A stretch of 64,000 bases of DNA from Octopus sinensis. Lineage: Eukaryota. Positions 1 through 11,439 of this stretch are shown piece by piece. The DNA is taken from NCBI RefSeq assembly GCF_006345805.1, contig NC_043012.1, positions 22,072,001 through 22,136,000 on the forward strand, given 5' to 3'. Position 1 is the first letter of the stretch; each line of letters begins with the position of its first letter. The notes beneath the pieces were generated by a model that ran no database searches, was not told the DNA's origin, and saw only the letters and a program-made list of their open reading frames with translations. Both the position numbers and the translations under genes were made by a program.

Positions 1-83
1 GATATGACTGTCAATAACATCTCGCCTCACTCCTCAAAGAAACTCGGCAACGTGGAACAAGGCTGTCTTCAGACACTATATGT

Positions 84-552
84 TGAGTACTTCGAAATAT
101 TTAAGTGAATTGTGGAGGGTTATTTTGCCTTTCATCCTTTCGAAGTCGATAAATATCAGTTGTGTACTGGGGTCGATGTGATCGACTTACCCCTTCCCCT
201 GGAATTGCTGGCCTTGTACCAAAATTTGAAACCATTATCATTATTTCATGAAAACTCACAGCTTATTTTGTTGGATACGATGGAAAGTGTCAGCCGTCCC
301 CATTATTTTGGTTTGGCTCAGGTTCGGTCTTATCCCTGGTATAATTTATGTGGACAGCGGGTTACTGCCTGTAACTTTGGATATCTATAAGTTTTCAGCA
401 GTTTTAACGTTCTGAATTCAAATTTCGCTGAGGTCGACGTCGTCTTTCATCCTTTCGGGATCGGTAAATTAAGTACCAGTGAGATACTGGGGTCGATGTA
501 ATCGACTCATCCCCTCCCCCAAAATGGTTGCCCATGTAGCAAAATTTGAAAC

Positions 553-612
<60 letters not shown>

Positions 613-820
613 GACGGCTTACTGGCAGAATCGTTACTTAGGCATCATTTCTTTCAGCTTTACGTTCTGAGCTCAAATGTCGCTGAAATCGACGTTGTCT
701 TTCATCCTTTCAGGGTCAATAGAATAAAGTACCAGTTCTTGACTGGAGTCGATTACATCGACTAGCCCCACATCCCCAAAATTACGGGCCTTTTACATAT
801 AATAGAAAGGATCATTATCA
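84..820 (+). mobile_element. Three head-to-tail degenerate copies of tRNA-derived SINE family A (Deu/Nin-domain-like core)
   Basis: Each copy carries the core GTCGAC..TTTGCCTTTCATCCTTTCGGGGTCGATAAA..GTACCAG; tails ..AAATTTGAAACCATTATT; the second ends in (ATT)n 554-611. Domain name is recalled, not searched. Confidence 0.8.
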
Positions 821-1303
821 TTTTGCAATTGTTATTTCTTTTAGGGAGACACCCGGCTTAGAGTCACGGGTCTGTCTGTGGATTTCCGGGTTTCGGACCG
901 GTACAAGGCCTGATGAGTTAGTGGTAGTGTTGGTTGTGGTGGTATTAGTGACGGTGGTATGTTAGTGGTGGTATAGGTACCAGTGGTAGAGTTGATATCT
1001 ATGATAATGATGATGACGCTATTGGTAGTGGTGAGGTGGTAGTGATGGTGGTGGTGGTGGTGGTAAAAGCAATAAGTGGTAGTATTGATGTTGATATTGA
1101 TAATGATGGTGGTGATGGTGGTGGCGGCGGCGGCGACGGCGGGGATAGAGATTGTGTTAATGGCTGTGCGGTTTTCATGTTATTCCGTTGATATTAGCGT
1201 TTGGGGCTGTTGGCTTTTGGTATTCCTACAAATATCGGTGCTCGTTGCAATGGTCGCCGCGTTAGTGTACGTGTGTATGTGTATACATGTGTGCGTATGT
1301 ATG

Positions 1304-1344
<41 letters not shown>

Positions 1345-1377
1345 CTTTATGAAGCTTTATGAAGCTTTATGAAAATA

Positions 1378-1606
1378 GACAAAAGACGAAGGCAGGTTTA
1401 CGGAAATAAACAAAAGACGAAGGCAGGCGGAATACAAACAAACAATTGTATTAGTATGGCGCTCAGGAAATATAAATAAAACAAGTCTTTAACGTTTCGA
1501 GCCTACGCTCTTCAACAGAAAGATACACAGAGAAAAAAAACACAGAAAGAAGGAGAGAAAAAAAATGCGTGCAGAGGCTAGCGAATCAACATGGCGATCT
1601 GGCGAT
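1378..1606 (-). mobile_element. Short non-coding Penelope-like (pLTR-type) element with hammerhead-like motif
   Basis: Near-identical to 13650-13860 and shares TTTCCTGAGCGCC with ~6280-6295; lies between (TA)n tracts; contains the motif at 1486-1523. Confidence 0.55.
1486..1523 (-). ncRNA. Minimal hammerhead-ribozyme-like motif (non-canonical core)
   Basis: Minus strand TCTTT-CTGTTGA-A-GAGC-GTAG-GCTC-GAAA-CGTT-AAAGA: stems I and II pair perfectly; core position 6 is U instead of A. Confidence 0.5.
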
Positions 1607-1706
1607 ATATATATATATATGTATATACCCTATACACGTGTACGTGTGTGTGTAAGAGAGAGAAAGTGTTGGTGAGGGTGGTGCCCTTGGTGGTATCCTA
1701 AATATA

Positions 1707-1939
1707 GGCGAGCTGGCAGAAACGTTAGCATGCCGGGCGAAATGCTTAGCGGTATTTCGTCTGCCGTTACGTTCTGAGTTCAAATTCCACCGAGGTCGAC
1801 TTTGCCTTTCATCCTTTCGGAGTCGATAAATTAAGTACCAGTTACGCACTGGGGTCGATATAATCGACTTAATCCGTTTGTCTGTCCTTGTTTGTCCTCT
1901 CTGTGTTTAGCCCCTTGTGGGTAGTAAAGAAATAGGTAT
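1707..1939 (+). mobile_element. Full-length SINE family A copy with 17-bp target-site duplication
   Basis: A-box-like TGGCAGAAACGTTAG, B-box-like GAGTTCAAATTC, core domain; GGTATCCTAAATATAGG at 1692-1708 and 1935-1951. Confidence 0.9.
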
Positions 1940-2264
1940 CCTAAATATAGGAAGGTGTGGTGGTTTTGTTGGAGGTATTAGTAGTATTTGATAATGGCGA
2001 TGACGGCGAAGATACCTCTACTGCTGCTGCTGATGATGATGATGCGGAGGGGGATGGGAATCACGATGACGAGAAAGGGCGACGGTACGGTAATAAAGCT
2101 AGTGATAGATGTGCAGGAGGGAATAATGAGGCGGGGAGGGGGGGGGCAAAGAAAGGTTGCAGTTTCGAGAATGGTGACGATAGTTGTGGAGGTGGTGGTG
2201 GTGGTGGTGGTGTTTGATGTAGTGTTGGTACGGGACGAAGAGTTCTATCACTATACGATTTAAT

Positions 2265-2279
2265 ATGTGTGTGTGTGTG

Positions 2280-2314
<35 letters not shown>
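2265..2314. repeat. (TG)n microsatellite
   Basis: Direct reading. Confidence 0.95.
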
Positions 2315-2315
<1 letters not shown>

Positions 2316-3143
2316 CCGTGTTTAATATCTGGTGTCGTTGTAAGCGGCAGTGTTTTGGTGGTAGTAGTGGTGGTGATGGTGGTGGCGTTGGTGGTGGTGT
2401 GCGGGGTATGATGTGTAATGTGTGTGCTGAATTTGGCCGTATATAAAGAGTCTAGAAAACGTTTTAATTGAAGCGACAGCTGTCTTAGTTGCCACACGTC
2501 GTCGTATTTCGTGTGGCTTGTACTCAGGCCATATTGTTGATGTCACACGACAAGACAATACTTATTACGGGGCTATTCTCTGATGAAACCGTGATTTCGT
2601 AGTAAACCAGCGACGAGACGAAATAAACAAGGAGGAGGAGGAGGAGGAGGAGAAAAATGAGCAGGAAGAGAAGGAGGAAGAGAAGAAAACGGAGGGGGAA
2701 GAGGTAGGGTGATGTACGGAGAGAAAGGAGTATGAAATGCATATAATATTGAAGCAATTCTTTTTTTTTAGTCTTTTTATTTCTTCGACGATTATCAAGC
2801 AAGTCCTCCTCTCCCCATCCCTACCTGCATCACTAATTCCCGCCAACGTTTACTATAAAACTGTGTTGCGTTCTTGTTTTATGCCCGACGTAAGCTGACC
2901 CGTTCTAACCTCGGCTGATAATGGAGTTCACAGACTGGATTGTTTGCTAGGTGATTGGCCGAAGCGGTGGAGTCTAAGTGATATGTGAAAGTAGGGGGTA
3001 AGTTGTTGTTACCTGATGTTGTACTATAATAGCTTCTCCTTACCACAAACTACATACAACAGCATCCACAACCACAACTGCTGCAGACGCTACTATCGTC
3101 GCACTAACAACTACAGGCACGTCTATAACCGTAAGAATAACAT

Positions 3144-3290
3144 GCAGGCATGGCTGTGTGGTTAAGACGTTCGCTTTGTAACCACACGATTTCCGGTTCA
3201 GTCCCATTGCGCGGTAACTTGGTCAAGTGTCTTCCACTATAGCCCCGGGCCAACCAATGCTTTGGGAAACATTCGTTTAATAGAAATTAT
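3144..3290 (+). mobile_element. 5' part of SINE family B, interrupted by a family A insertion
   Basis: GGCTGTGTGGTTAAG..GGTTCAGTCCCA..TTGGTCAAGTGTCTT..CTATAGCCCCGGGCC; family B resumes at ~3707 (GAAACTGTGTGGAAGCC). Confidence 0.7.
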
Positions 3291-3706
3291 GCGGCGAGCT
3301 GGCAGAACCGTTAGCACGCCGGGCGAAATGCGGAGCTGTATTTCGTCTGCCGTTACGTTCTGAGTTCAAATTCCGCCGAGGTCGACTTTGCCTTTCATCC
3401 TTTCGGGGTCGATTAAATAAGTACCAGTTGCGCTCTGGGGTCGATATAATCGACTTAATCCGTTTGTCTGTCCTTGTTTGTCCTCTCTCTGTTTAGCCCC
3501 TTGTGGGTAGTAAAGAAATAGGTATTTCGTCTGCCGTTACGTTCTGAGTTCAAATACCGCCGAGGTCGACTTTGCCTTTCATCCTTTCGGGGTCGATAAA
3601 TTAAGTACCAGTTACGCACTGGGGTCGATGTAGTCGACTTTAATCCCTTTGTCTGTCCTTGCTTGTCCCCTCTGTGTTTAGCCCCTTGTGGGTAGTAAAG
3701 AAATAA
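3291..3706 (+). mobile_element. SINE family A, head plus two tandem bodies
   Basis: Body GTATTTCGTCTGCC...AAAGAAATAG starts at 3338 and again at 3522 (period 184). Confidence 0.9.
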
Positions 3707-3733
3707 GAAACTGTGTGGAAGCCTGTTGTCTGT

Positions 3734-3791
<58 letters not shown>

Positions 3792-3814
3792 AGCAAGGCC
3801 AACGGTTTAATGGA

Positions 3815-4140
3815 AGTGGGGTTTTATGGAAGCCTAATGCTTAACTGATCCCTACTTCATCGATACCGAAAGGATGAAAGACAATGTCGACCTTGGCGGA
3901 ATTTGAACTCAGAACGTGAAGAAGCGAAAGAAATAATGCTAAGTATTTTGTTCGGAGTGCTAACGGTTCTTCAAGCTCGCCACCCTGATAATAAATAATT
4001 CTAAGATTGGTACAAGGCCAGCAATTTTGATGCTTAATGGGGAAGCCGATTGCATTTGACTGGAACTTATTTTATCGACTTAGAAAGATGAAAGGCAAAG
4101 TCTACCTCAGCAGCATTTGAACTCAGAACGCTAGGCATTT
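3815..4140 (-). mobile_element. Two degenerate SINE family A copies
   Basis: Reverse-complement core AAGGATGAAAG..GTCGACCT..GGAATTTGAACTCAGAAC twice. Confidence 0.7.
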
Positions 4141-4284
4141 TTGATCTGGAGTGTTAACGATCTCCTCTTCTTCCTCCTCCTCCTATAGACAGTTGCGATG
4201 CCCCTGATTCTGTTGAAGTACTAGACTTTAAAAGAAAAAAAAAACAAAAAAGAAAAAAAATACTGTTGCTGATTATTTTTGTAC

Positions 4285-4690
4285 GACGTGGTAAGTAGCT
4301 TGTTTACCAACGACATGCTTCCGGGTTCAGTCCCACTGCGTGGCATCTTGGGCAAGTGTCTTCTGCTATAGCCTCGGGCCGACCAAAGCCTTATGAGTGG
4401 ATTTGGTAGACGGAAACTGAAAGAAGCCCGTCGTATATATGTATATATATATATGTGTGTGTGTGTGTATGTTTGTGTGTCTGTGTTTGTCCCCCTCAAC
4501 ATCACTTGACAACCGATGCTGGTGTGTTTATGTCCCCGTTACTTAGCGGTTCGGCAAAAGAGACCGATAGAATAAGTACTGGGCTTACAAAGAATAAGTC
4601 CCGGGGTCGATTTGCTCGACTAAAAAGGCGGTGCTCCAGCATGGCCGCAATCAAATGACTGAAACAAATAAAAGAGTAAAAAGAGAGTAT
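4285..4690 (+). mobile_element. SINE family B (tRNA head, CORE-like CTTGGGCAAGTGTCTT, internal TA/TG tract), near full length
   Basis: Collinear with 6958-7389 and 58881-59229; ends ..GACTGAAACAAATAAAAGAGT. Confidence 0.88.
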
Positions 4691-5464
4691 AAAAAAAGAG
4701 AAAAATCTTGCAAGGCGGTGGTGCTTCAGCATGGCCATAGTCCAACGATAGAAACAAGTAAAAAAAAGATTTTTAAAAATGATTAAGAAAACCGATAAAA
4801 GACTATTCATTATACGCATGCACATACACGCACACGCAACGTACGTACATGCATACATACACGCACACGCAACGTACGTACATGCATACATACACGCACA
4901 CAACATATAAAAACGTAGACACACGCACACAACATATTTAATTACAGACGACGCAAAAGTAACAGCGCCATTTTAAGAAAAAAGCCTCCTGAACACAGCT
5001 GATGACACAGTTCTTAATTTCAGTTATCTGATGACGCTTACATGTTAAAACACCAATGATTCTATCGTTTATACATCACCACCAATTTTGGAGATGCTCA
5101 GCAGCATTTTTAAGTTCGATTCGTCCTACATTTCATCAGTGTCATCACTTCTGCCTCAGGAGCACAAAACGTCGCTGCGTTGATTTATTATTATTATTAT
5201 TATTATTGCATTTTGTTGTTCACCTCTCGTACGTCAATACGGTAATAACGAATTGTTTAGATATTTCTATCGGTTTGTTTCGAGACGCATAAATTATAAT
5301 GGTTATTGAAAAGTTTTGTCTTTTTTTCGGCATATTTGGCATTAGAATTTTTTCTTTTGCCCTTATCTTGTAAATTATTTATAAATTTAACCTTTAAAGG
5401 TATTTTTTTATATGCTGGCCATTGATAAATTTTTTTTCCTGAAAAAATTTTTATCCTACATTAG

Positions 5465-5509
<45 letters not shown>

Positions 5510-5510
<1 letters not shown>

Positions 5511-5939
5511 CAGAATAAGACAAAAATCCAAGGTTGTGAATAGTTTTCAGAACATTTCTAGAAAGAAGGTCTTACAGCTGTTTCCGGGATATTGTAAACG
5601 GTGCTATTCGATCGAGGGGTTAACCTATGCTTGGGATGGCCGATTATAAACACCATTGAAACTCATATACAAGGTACAGGAAACTTATATATACATCATT
5701 CTGCTTAAATAAGGGAACTGCAAATACAATATTCTTACGTGTCTCACTTCTATTTTCATTCCATTACTTCCCTCTGTATTTCATATCTTCTCTATAATAA
5801 CGATTGCTCAAACATTTTCACGCACCTTCTCTGATGAAGGGATATATAAACTATCCCCGGAAACAGCTGTAAGACCTTCACTTTATAAATGTTCTGAAAA
5901 CTATTCACAGCTTTGGATTTTTTTTTTATCTCATTCTGT
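5510..5939 (+). mobile_element. Fold-back element (arms 5510-5591 and 5852-5939) carrying a hammerhead-like motif
   Basis: Arms of ~82-88 nt are reverse complements around a 260-nt spacer; starts directly after (TA)n 5467-5508. Confidence 0.7.
5828..5874 (+). ncRNA. Minimal hammerhead-ribozyme-like motif
   Basis: TCT-CTGATGA-A-GGGATA-TATAAAC-TATCCC-CG-GAAA-C-AGCT-GTA-AGA: intact CUGAUGA/GAAA, palindromic loop 3, GUA triplet; stem I only 3 bp. Confidence 0.6.
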
Positions 5940-6223
5940 CAATTTTTACATATATGCATGCTAATACATGACCCACGTTGAACTCCTCATTCCTATCATT
6001 ATCGAACCTGGAGCTTAACTATGGTCTTTCTATAGCACTTACTCAGCATTACCTGACACCTTTGGGTCTTCTTGACACCAATACCTCTCATACCCTATAT
6101 ATGTTTTTAAAAAACATTTTCCTCCTTTTTTACAACTTCCGTCTTTTCAGTATGTGACCTCGTGAAGACTACCTGCAATTTTTTTTCCTCTGTCTTCCCA
6201 TCTCGGGATCTTTCTTTCTCCTA

Positions 6224-6260
6224 TGTTTCCGACGAAGAGCTCCGCTCGAAACGTCATACC
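6224..6260 (+). ncRNA. Minimal hammerhead-like motif, CCGACGA variant
   Basis: TGTTT-CCGACGA-A-GAGC-TCC-GCTC-GAAA-CGTC-ATACC; same stem II as 1486 and 13746; stem I partly mispaired. Confidence 0.5.
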
Positions 6261-6354
6261 CTCCTTCTTCCATTTTCCTGAGCGCCTAATAATAATAATA
6301 CTGTAATTGTTCCACGTGTTGTTGTTTTTTCTGTTTTCCCGTTTGGATTAACCT

Positions 6355-6418
<64 letters not shown>

Positions 6419-6584
6419 GACGGGCTGCCTTGAGTTCCCGTTTATCAAATCCACTCACAAGACTTTAGTCGACCCGGAGCTTACTGCCACTCAGTTCTGA
6501 GTGCACAGTTCAGAGTTCCTTAAAACAGGAACAGCTGTGAGCTAATTAAAGCGATTATTTATTAATTAATACTAGCAGTATTAA

Positions 6585-6757
6585 TTATTTCTACTCCAGG
6601 TACAAGGCCTTGAAAATTTGGGGGGAAGCGGGGCAAGTCGATTATATCGACCTCAGTGCGTAACTGGTACTTATTTCATCGACTCAGAACGTAGCAGCAG
6701 ACGAAATGCCGCTATGCATTTTGCCCGGCGTGCTAACGATTCAGCCAGCTCGTCGCC
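6585..6757 (-). mobile_element. SINE family A, internally deleted
   Basis: Head (rc GGCGACGAGCTGGCTGAATCGTTAGCACG) and CCCC..AAATTTTCAAGGCCTTGT tail present. Confidence 0.75.
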
Positions 6758-6957
6758 TTACTAACAGTATTAATTAATAAATACCAACACGTTTGGTATT
6801 TAACAGACAAGAAAGTAAATTTCGAATGCAATATAACCGTAAAAACTGTAGAAAGTTTTAGCCCTATGTGACGGACAACACACTCGACGCTTCCAAAGTG
6901 TTTATAAAATGTTGTTGCATTCCAAAAGCTATTATTTCACGAAATATATGTAAACTA

Positions 6958-7186
6958 TACTCTTTACTCTTTTACTCTTTTACTTGTTTCAGTCATTTGA
7001 CTGCGGCCATGCTGGAGCACCGCCTTTAATCGAGCAACTCGACCCCGGGACTTATTCTTTTGTAAGCCCAGTACTTATTCTATCGGTCTCTTTTGCCGAA
7101 CCGCTAAGTAACGGGGACATAAACACACCAGCATCGGTTGTCAAGTAATGCTAGGGGGGGCAAACAGAGACACACAAACACATACA

Positions 7187-7224
<38 letters not shown>

Positions 7225-7389
7225 TACGATCGGCTTCTTTCAGTTTCCATCTACCAAATCCACTCACAAGGCTTTGGTCGGCCCGAGGCTATAGCAGAAG
7301 ACACTTGCCCAAGATGCCACGCATTGGGACTGAACCCGGAACCATGTGGTTGGTAAGCAAGCTACTTACCACACAGCCACTCCTGCGCC
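6958..7389 (-). mobile_element. Full-length SINE family B
   Basis: Starts rc GGCGCAGGAGTGGCTGTGTGGTAAG; ends in (AAAAGAGT)n tail. Confidence 0.92.
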
Positions 7390-8109
7390 TATATATGAAA
7401 AATATGTAAAACATTAAGACAATTGACGAAAAATATCTACAATAAAATTCTAATTGATAAATATACATTTTTTATTAAAATAAAACACGCGGGTGAAGCG
7501 AGTCTCGTGGTTTGAAGAATCAACACAACACAACCGTGCGGTTGTCGTGGTAACAAGCTTTTAATGCCTCGCTGTCTGTTGATTGGCTAAAATTACTCAA
7601 ATTTTCCCAACTTGAATTCCAAATAACATCAGATTCTTTAATTTACGAAATAAAGTAATTAGTCGAGCGAAATCAAAATTTAGAACTGCACCAAAATTAA
7701 AGGCAGCTGATTTTGTGAATCAATTTAACTAGATCCCACCAAATCTGTACTGAGTCCTTTAGACCCAGATATTTGGGGGGGGGGGATTCTACGTTGATAA
7801 TGCCAAAATTTGTCTCTTTCCACTACGCATACTACATATATCAATAAAACATGATGACCAAGTTGCTAGAGGTCGGTACGAGAGGTACAGTTGACCTCGA
7901 GCGACGCTTTTAGGAAGTGACACTTTAAAATCTACTGTACAACCTCTATCTGTTGCGGGACTGAAAACTCATGGATTGCGCACAGGAGGCACACACTCTA
8001 GCAACGCCACTGATTTCAGCTCCAATCGACATGGTCGTTTAAAATGCTAATCCTTTCCATCAATCAGGACATTTCTTCAATTTCATAATTAATAAAACTG
8101 CTTCATAAA

Positions 8110-8640
8110 AATTTGCCTAACCCTTCAGAGCGACGAGATACTTCAGTAAGGAACATAGTTCAGGTGAGAGACCCAACTCAGAATACTGCTCTCACCACAT
8201 TTTGGACGCTGGTGTTGCTGCTACATACAAACACCATGGACCAAAGTGAAAGAAGGCCTATTAGAAGGACTGGAAAGCAGCGAATGCACTCCATCTCCTG
8301 ACTCACATGCGTGCCGTCTCCTTTCTCTCTTTCTCTCTCTTCCCCTTTCTCACTTCTACCTCTACGACAGTGGCCTCTGCTCGGAGTTGATTGGTTTCGT
8401 GTTGTCTTCTCTCTGACGAATCTGACTCACTCGTATCTTCGTTTCCCTCCCGTCACCCATATTGTTCGTACACCACATTTTCCAGGCATTGCTTTAAACA
8501 CTACTCGTAGTTCATTCTTCTCAGAATGTTGGCCCTCTGGAACTCCCCACCCGCGAATATTTTGCTGTGGAACGTTAACAGTCTCGGTGGGTCTGCGAAG
8601 GGTGTGGGCACCACTCCTCACTCTATAGCGAATCAACATA
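8110..8640 (+). mobile_element. Possible decayed LINE ORF1/ORF2 junction
   Basis: GC-richer island; one frame near 8560-8600 reads ILLWNVNSLGGSAKG, resembling the start of an APE endonuclease (WNVxGL). No further motifs. Confidence 0.25.
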
Positions 8641-9525
8641 ACAACACCAAAAAGAACAGTAACTAAAAACAATAGAAAATAAGTGACTAACTGAATAACA
8701 ATAAGCATAAGCTACGAATCATCGAAGTAGTTGCTACGTAATTGCTTGCCTTGTTAGACCTAACTTTCTTAAAGTGAAGACTACATTGGCAAATGTGTGT
8801 TAGTCGGGTCTGATCTGTGGTTAAATAGCAACAATTAAACACCAAACCCTGGAACCTTACATATATAGCAACCAGCGAGGAAACAAGGCGCACGCTGAAT
8901 CTGAGGGAAAAAGCAGCAAAATATCCCTCAAATCTTAAACGAATGATTCACGTGGTATTAGATATATTGTCTGGATAAATAAAGTCGGGTTCATCACAGT
9001 TGGAGCACCTTCAATTACTGGCCAGCTTGACCAGGGGTTTGCCTGGGCAATAACAACGAAACAGGTAACACTGCAATAGTATTTACTGTAACATCAACAA
9101 CACGACAATCATGACCACTAATACAACCACCACCACCACCACAACTACTACTACTGTCACATCCTCATAAAGGAAATAAATCAACAGCCATACTGATAAC
9201 ATCATTTACGGTTTCAAGATGGAAAAGTATATCAAATATAAGAGTCAATAACAAACACACCCAGGATGCAGGCCTAAGCAAAAGGCAGTCCGTCTGTCAG
9301 CCTGTACAGGAAGGGTAATGAAAGCAGTAACAGCTGCCGAGTGCACAACAATGCACGCGAAGGCTGTGTTGTGAGACGTTTGCTTCCCAATTCGGGTTCA
9401 ATCCACCTAAGCGGCATCCAAAACAAATACGTCTTCTACTATAGTCTTGGACCGACCAAAGCCTTGTGAGTTGATCTGGTGGACGGAAACAGAATGAAGT
9501 CCATACTATATATATATATATTATA

Positions 9526-9583
<58 letters not shown>

Positions 9584-9693
9584 GCGTCGCTAGAGTGTGT
9601 GCCTCCTGGGACGGCCCTTTCGTTTGCTGCCCCCCGACCCCACAAAAAATATATATTGCCTACAGCAGACCCAAAAGTGCCGCCCCTACCTAC

Positions 9694-9771
<78 letters not shown>

Positions 9772-9806
9772 ATCTCTGAACGAGATATAAACAGTAACCG
9801 CTCGAC

Positions 9807-9929
9807 AACGTAAGGGTATTCGCCATCTGAATGTGGCTAGCCACTGGGCGGGGTGTTACTGATGCTTAAGCATCAGTAACACCCCCCCCCAGTGGCTAGC
9901 CACATTCAGATGGCGAATACCCCTTACGT

Positions 9930-9930
<1 letters not shown>
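9807..9930. repeat. Spacerless palindrome, 61/63-nt arms
   Basis: Centre ATGCTT|AAGCAT at 9867/9868; arms differ only in G/C runs; followed by (TA)n. Confidence 0.92.
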
Positions 9931-9960
<30 letters not shown>

Positions 9961-10413
9961 CGCACACGCGAGATGCATTCCGGGAGGTTTGAAGCTTGTT
10001 CAGTTTTTTTCAAGAGTGATATATATTCCCATATACAGCGAGATTATTTCTGTTTCCATCTAATGAAAATGTGGAAAGAAAATGGGAATAAATCTTTTTT
10101 TTTTGTAAAACAAGGTTTTGTTCACGGCTATTAAACTTTCTGTTCAATTTCATAATTTACAATGCTTAAAAATTGTTCTCTTAAATTTCAATTATCGAAG
10201 CTAATATAGTAATGCGTGTGCACATGTGTGTATGTGTATGTGTGCGACTATTAATCTTGTCAGTAGTTTATGGTTTTAATAGAGTGGGTCAGGTCGTTTC
10301 TCTCTATCATCCTCTCTCTTTCTCTCCCTTCAGCCATGTTCACTTTTCACTCTAATCTATGACAAATGCAAGAAACGACTAATAGCAATGTCAGTCTTTC
10401 ACTTTTTTTTTTG

Positions 10414-10750
10414 CAGGCGTATGCACGGCTCAATGATTAAGAAGCTCACTTTGCAACCACGTGGTTTCAAGTTCAGTCCTACTGCACGGCACCTTGGGCA
10501 AATGTCTTCTACTATAGCCCCAAGACAACCAAAGTCTTGCGAGGGAATTTAGTAGGCTGTAGGTGTTTGTCACCCCACCCACTGCTCGACAACCGGCGTT
10601 TGTTTGTTTATGTCCCCACAGTGATTCGGTAAAAAAGACCGATAAAATAAATACCAGACATTAAAACCGAAAGAAAAATGACGATGTTCTGGCGTCGATT
10701 TGTTCAGCTAAAACCCACAATGGCTGTCCAGTGATCAAAACAAAAGATAG
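10414..10750 (+). mobile_element. Old SINE family B-related copy
   Basis: tRNA-like head, CACCTTGGGCAAATGTCTTCTACTATAGCC, GACCGATAAAATAAATACC. Confidence 0.7.
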
Positions 10751-11439
10751 ATTCACATGATTCTATCCTATGAATATTTTATGAATGACAATATTTGCAA
10801 TTTGGTAAAATAACCAAGAATGTCAACAGAGCAACGATCGAGCTGCTTTATCCTGACGGCCGCTGAAGGACTTAGTCGATTTGTAAGTATAAATGGCGGA
10901 AAGTCGGAAAAAGTATGGTTTGGTAATTTGAAGCTGGTTTTGTTGGGCAAGAGAGACGTTAATCCGATGAGAGACGTTAATCCGATGATTGGGGAATGTG
11001 GCGCACGACTAAAGTGTTCACCATTAGATTCTACGGTAAGTCATGATGTTATATGAGGAGCTTAATTGCAAAATGGCGAGGAAGTTAACCATCAACGAAT
11101 TTTTAGATCACCCTCTTGCTATTTATAGAATTATCCGGTTGACATGAAGGTTAATTGGCACATTGCTGTCCTAGTGCACTGAGCCAAACTGAAGTAGAAG
11201 GCATCATTCTTAACCAAGATTCCCAAAGATACAATGAGAAAAACCTGAAGCTTTACACCGGAACCAAATGTGGTGGCGGCAGTGGTGGTGGTGGTGGTGG
11301 TGGGAGAATGAAGAACTCACCTGCTGAGTCATTGATTTGTCTGTCCTGACAATCGAACCAGAGAATGGAATTTTGTAAAATGAAAATTATGATTCTCTTG
11401 GCTATTGTTCTGGTCCCAAATCAGGAAATCTTCCTTCAT

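Noticed and set aside
2579-2610. Other CTGATGA occurrences (also ~910, ~5000, ~5028, ~30814, ~51692)
   Set aside because: No paired stem II followed by GAAA and NUH; not counted as hammerheads.
10952-11041. 18-nt direct repeat and strong + strand donor ACG|GTAAGT
   Set aside because: No matching acceptor or recognisable peptide; isolated signals arise by chance.
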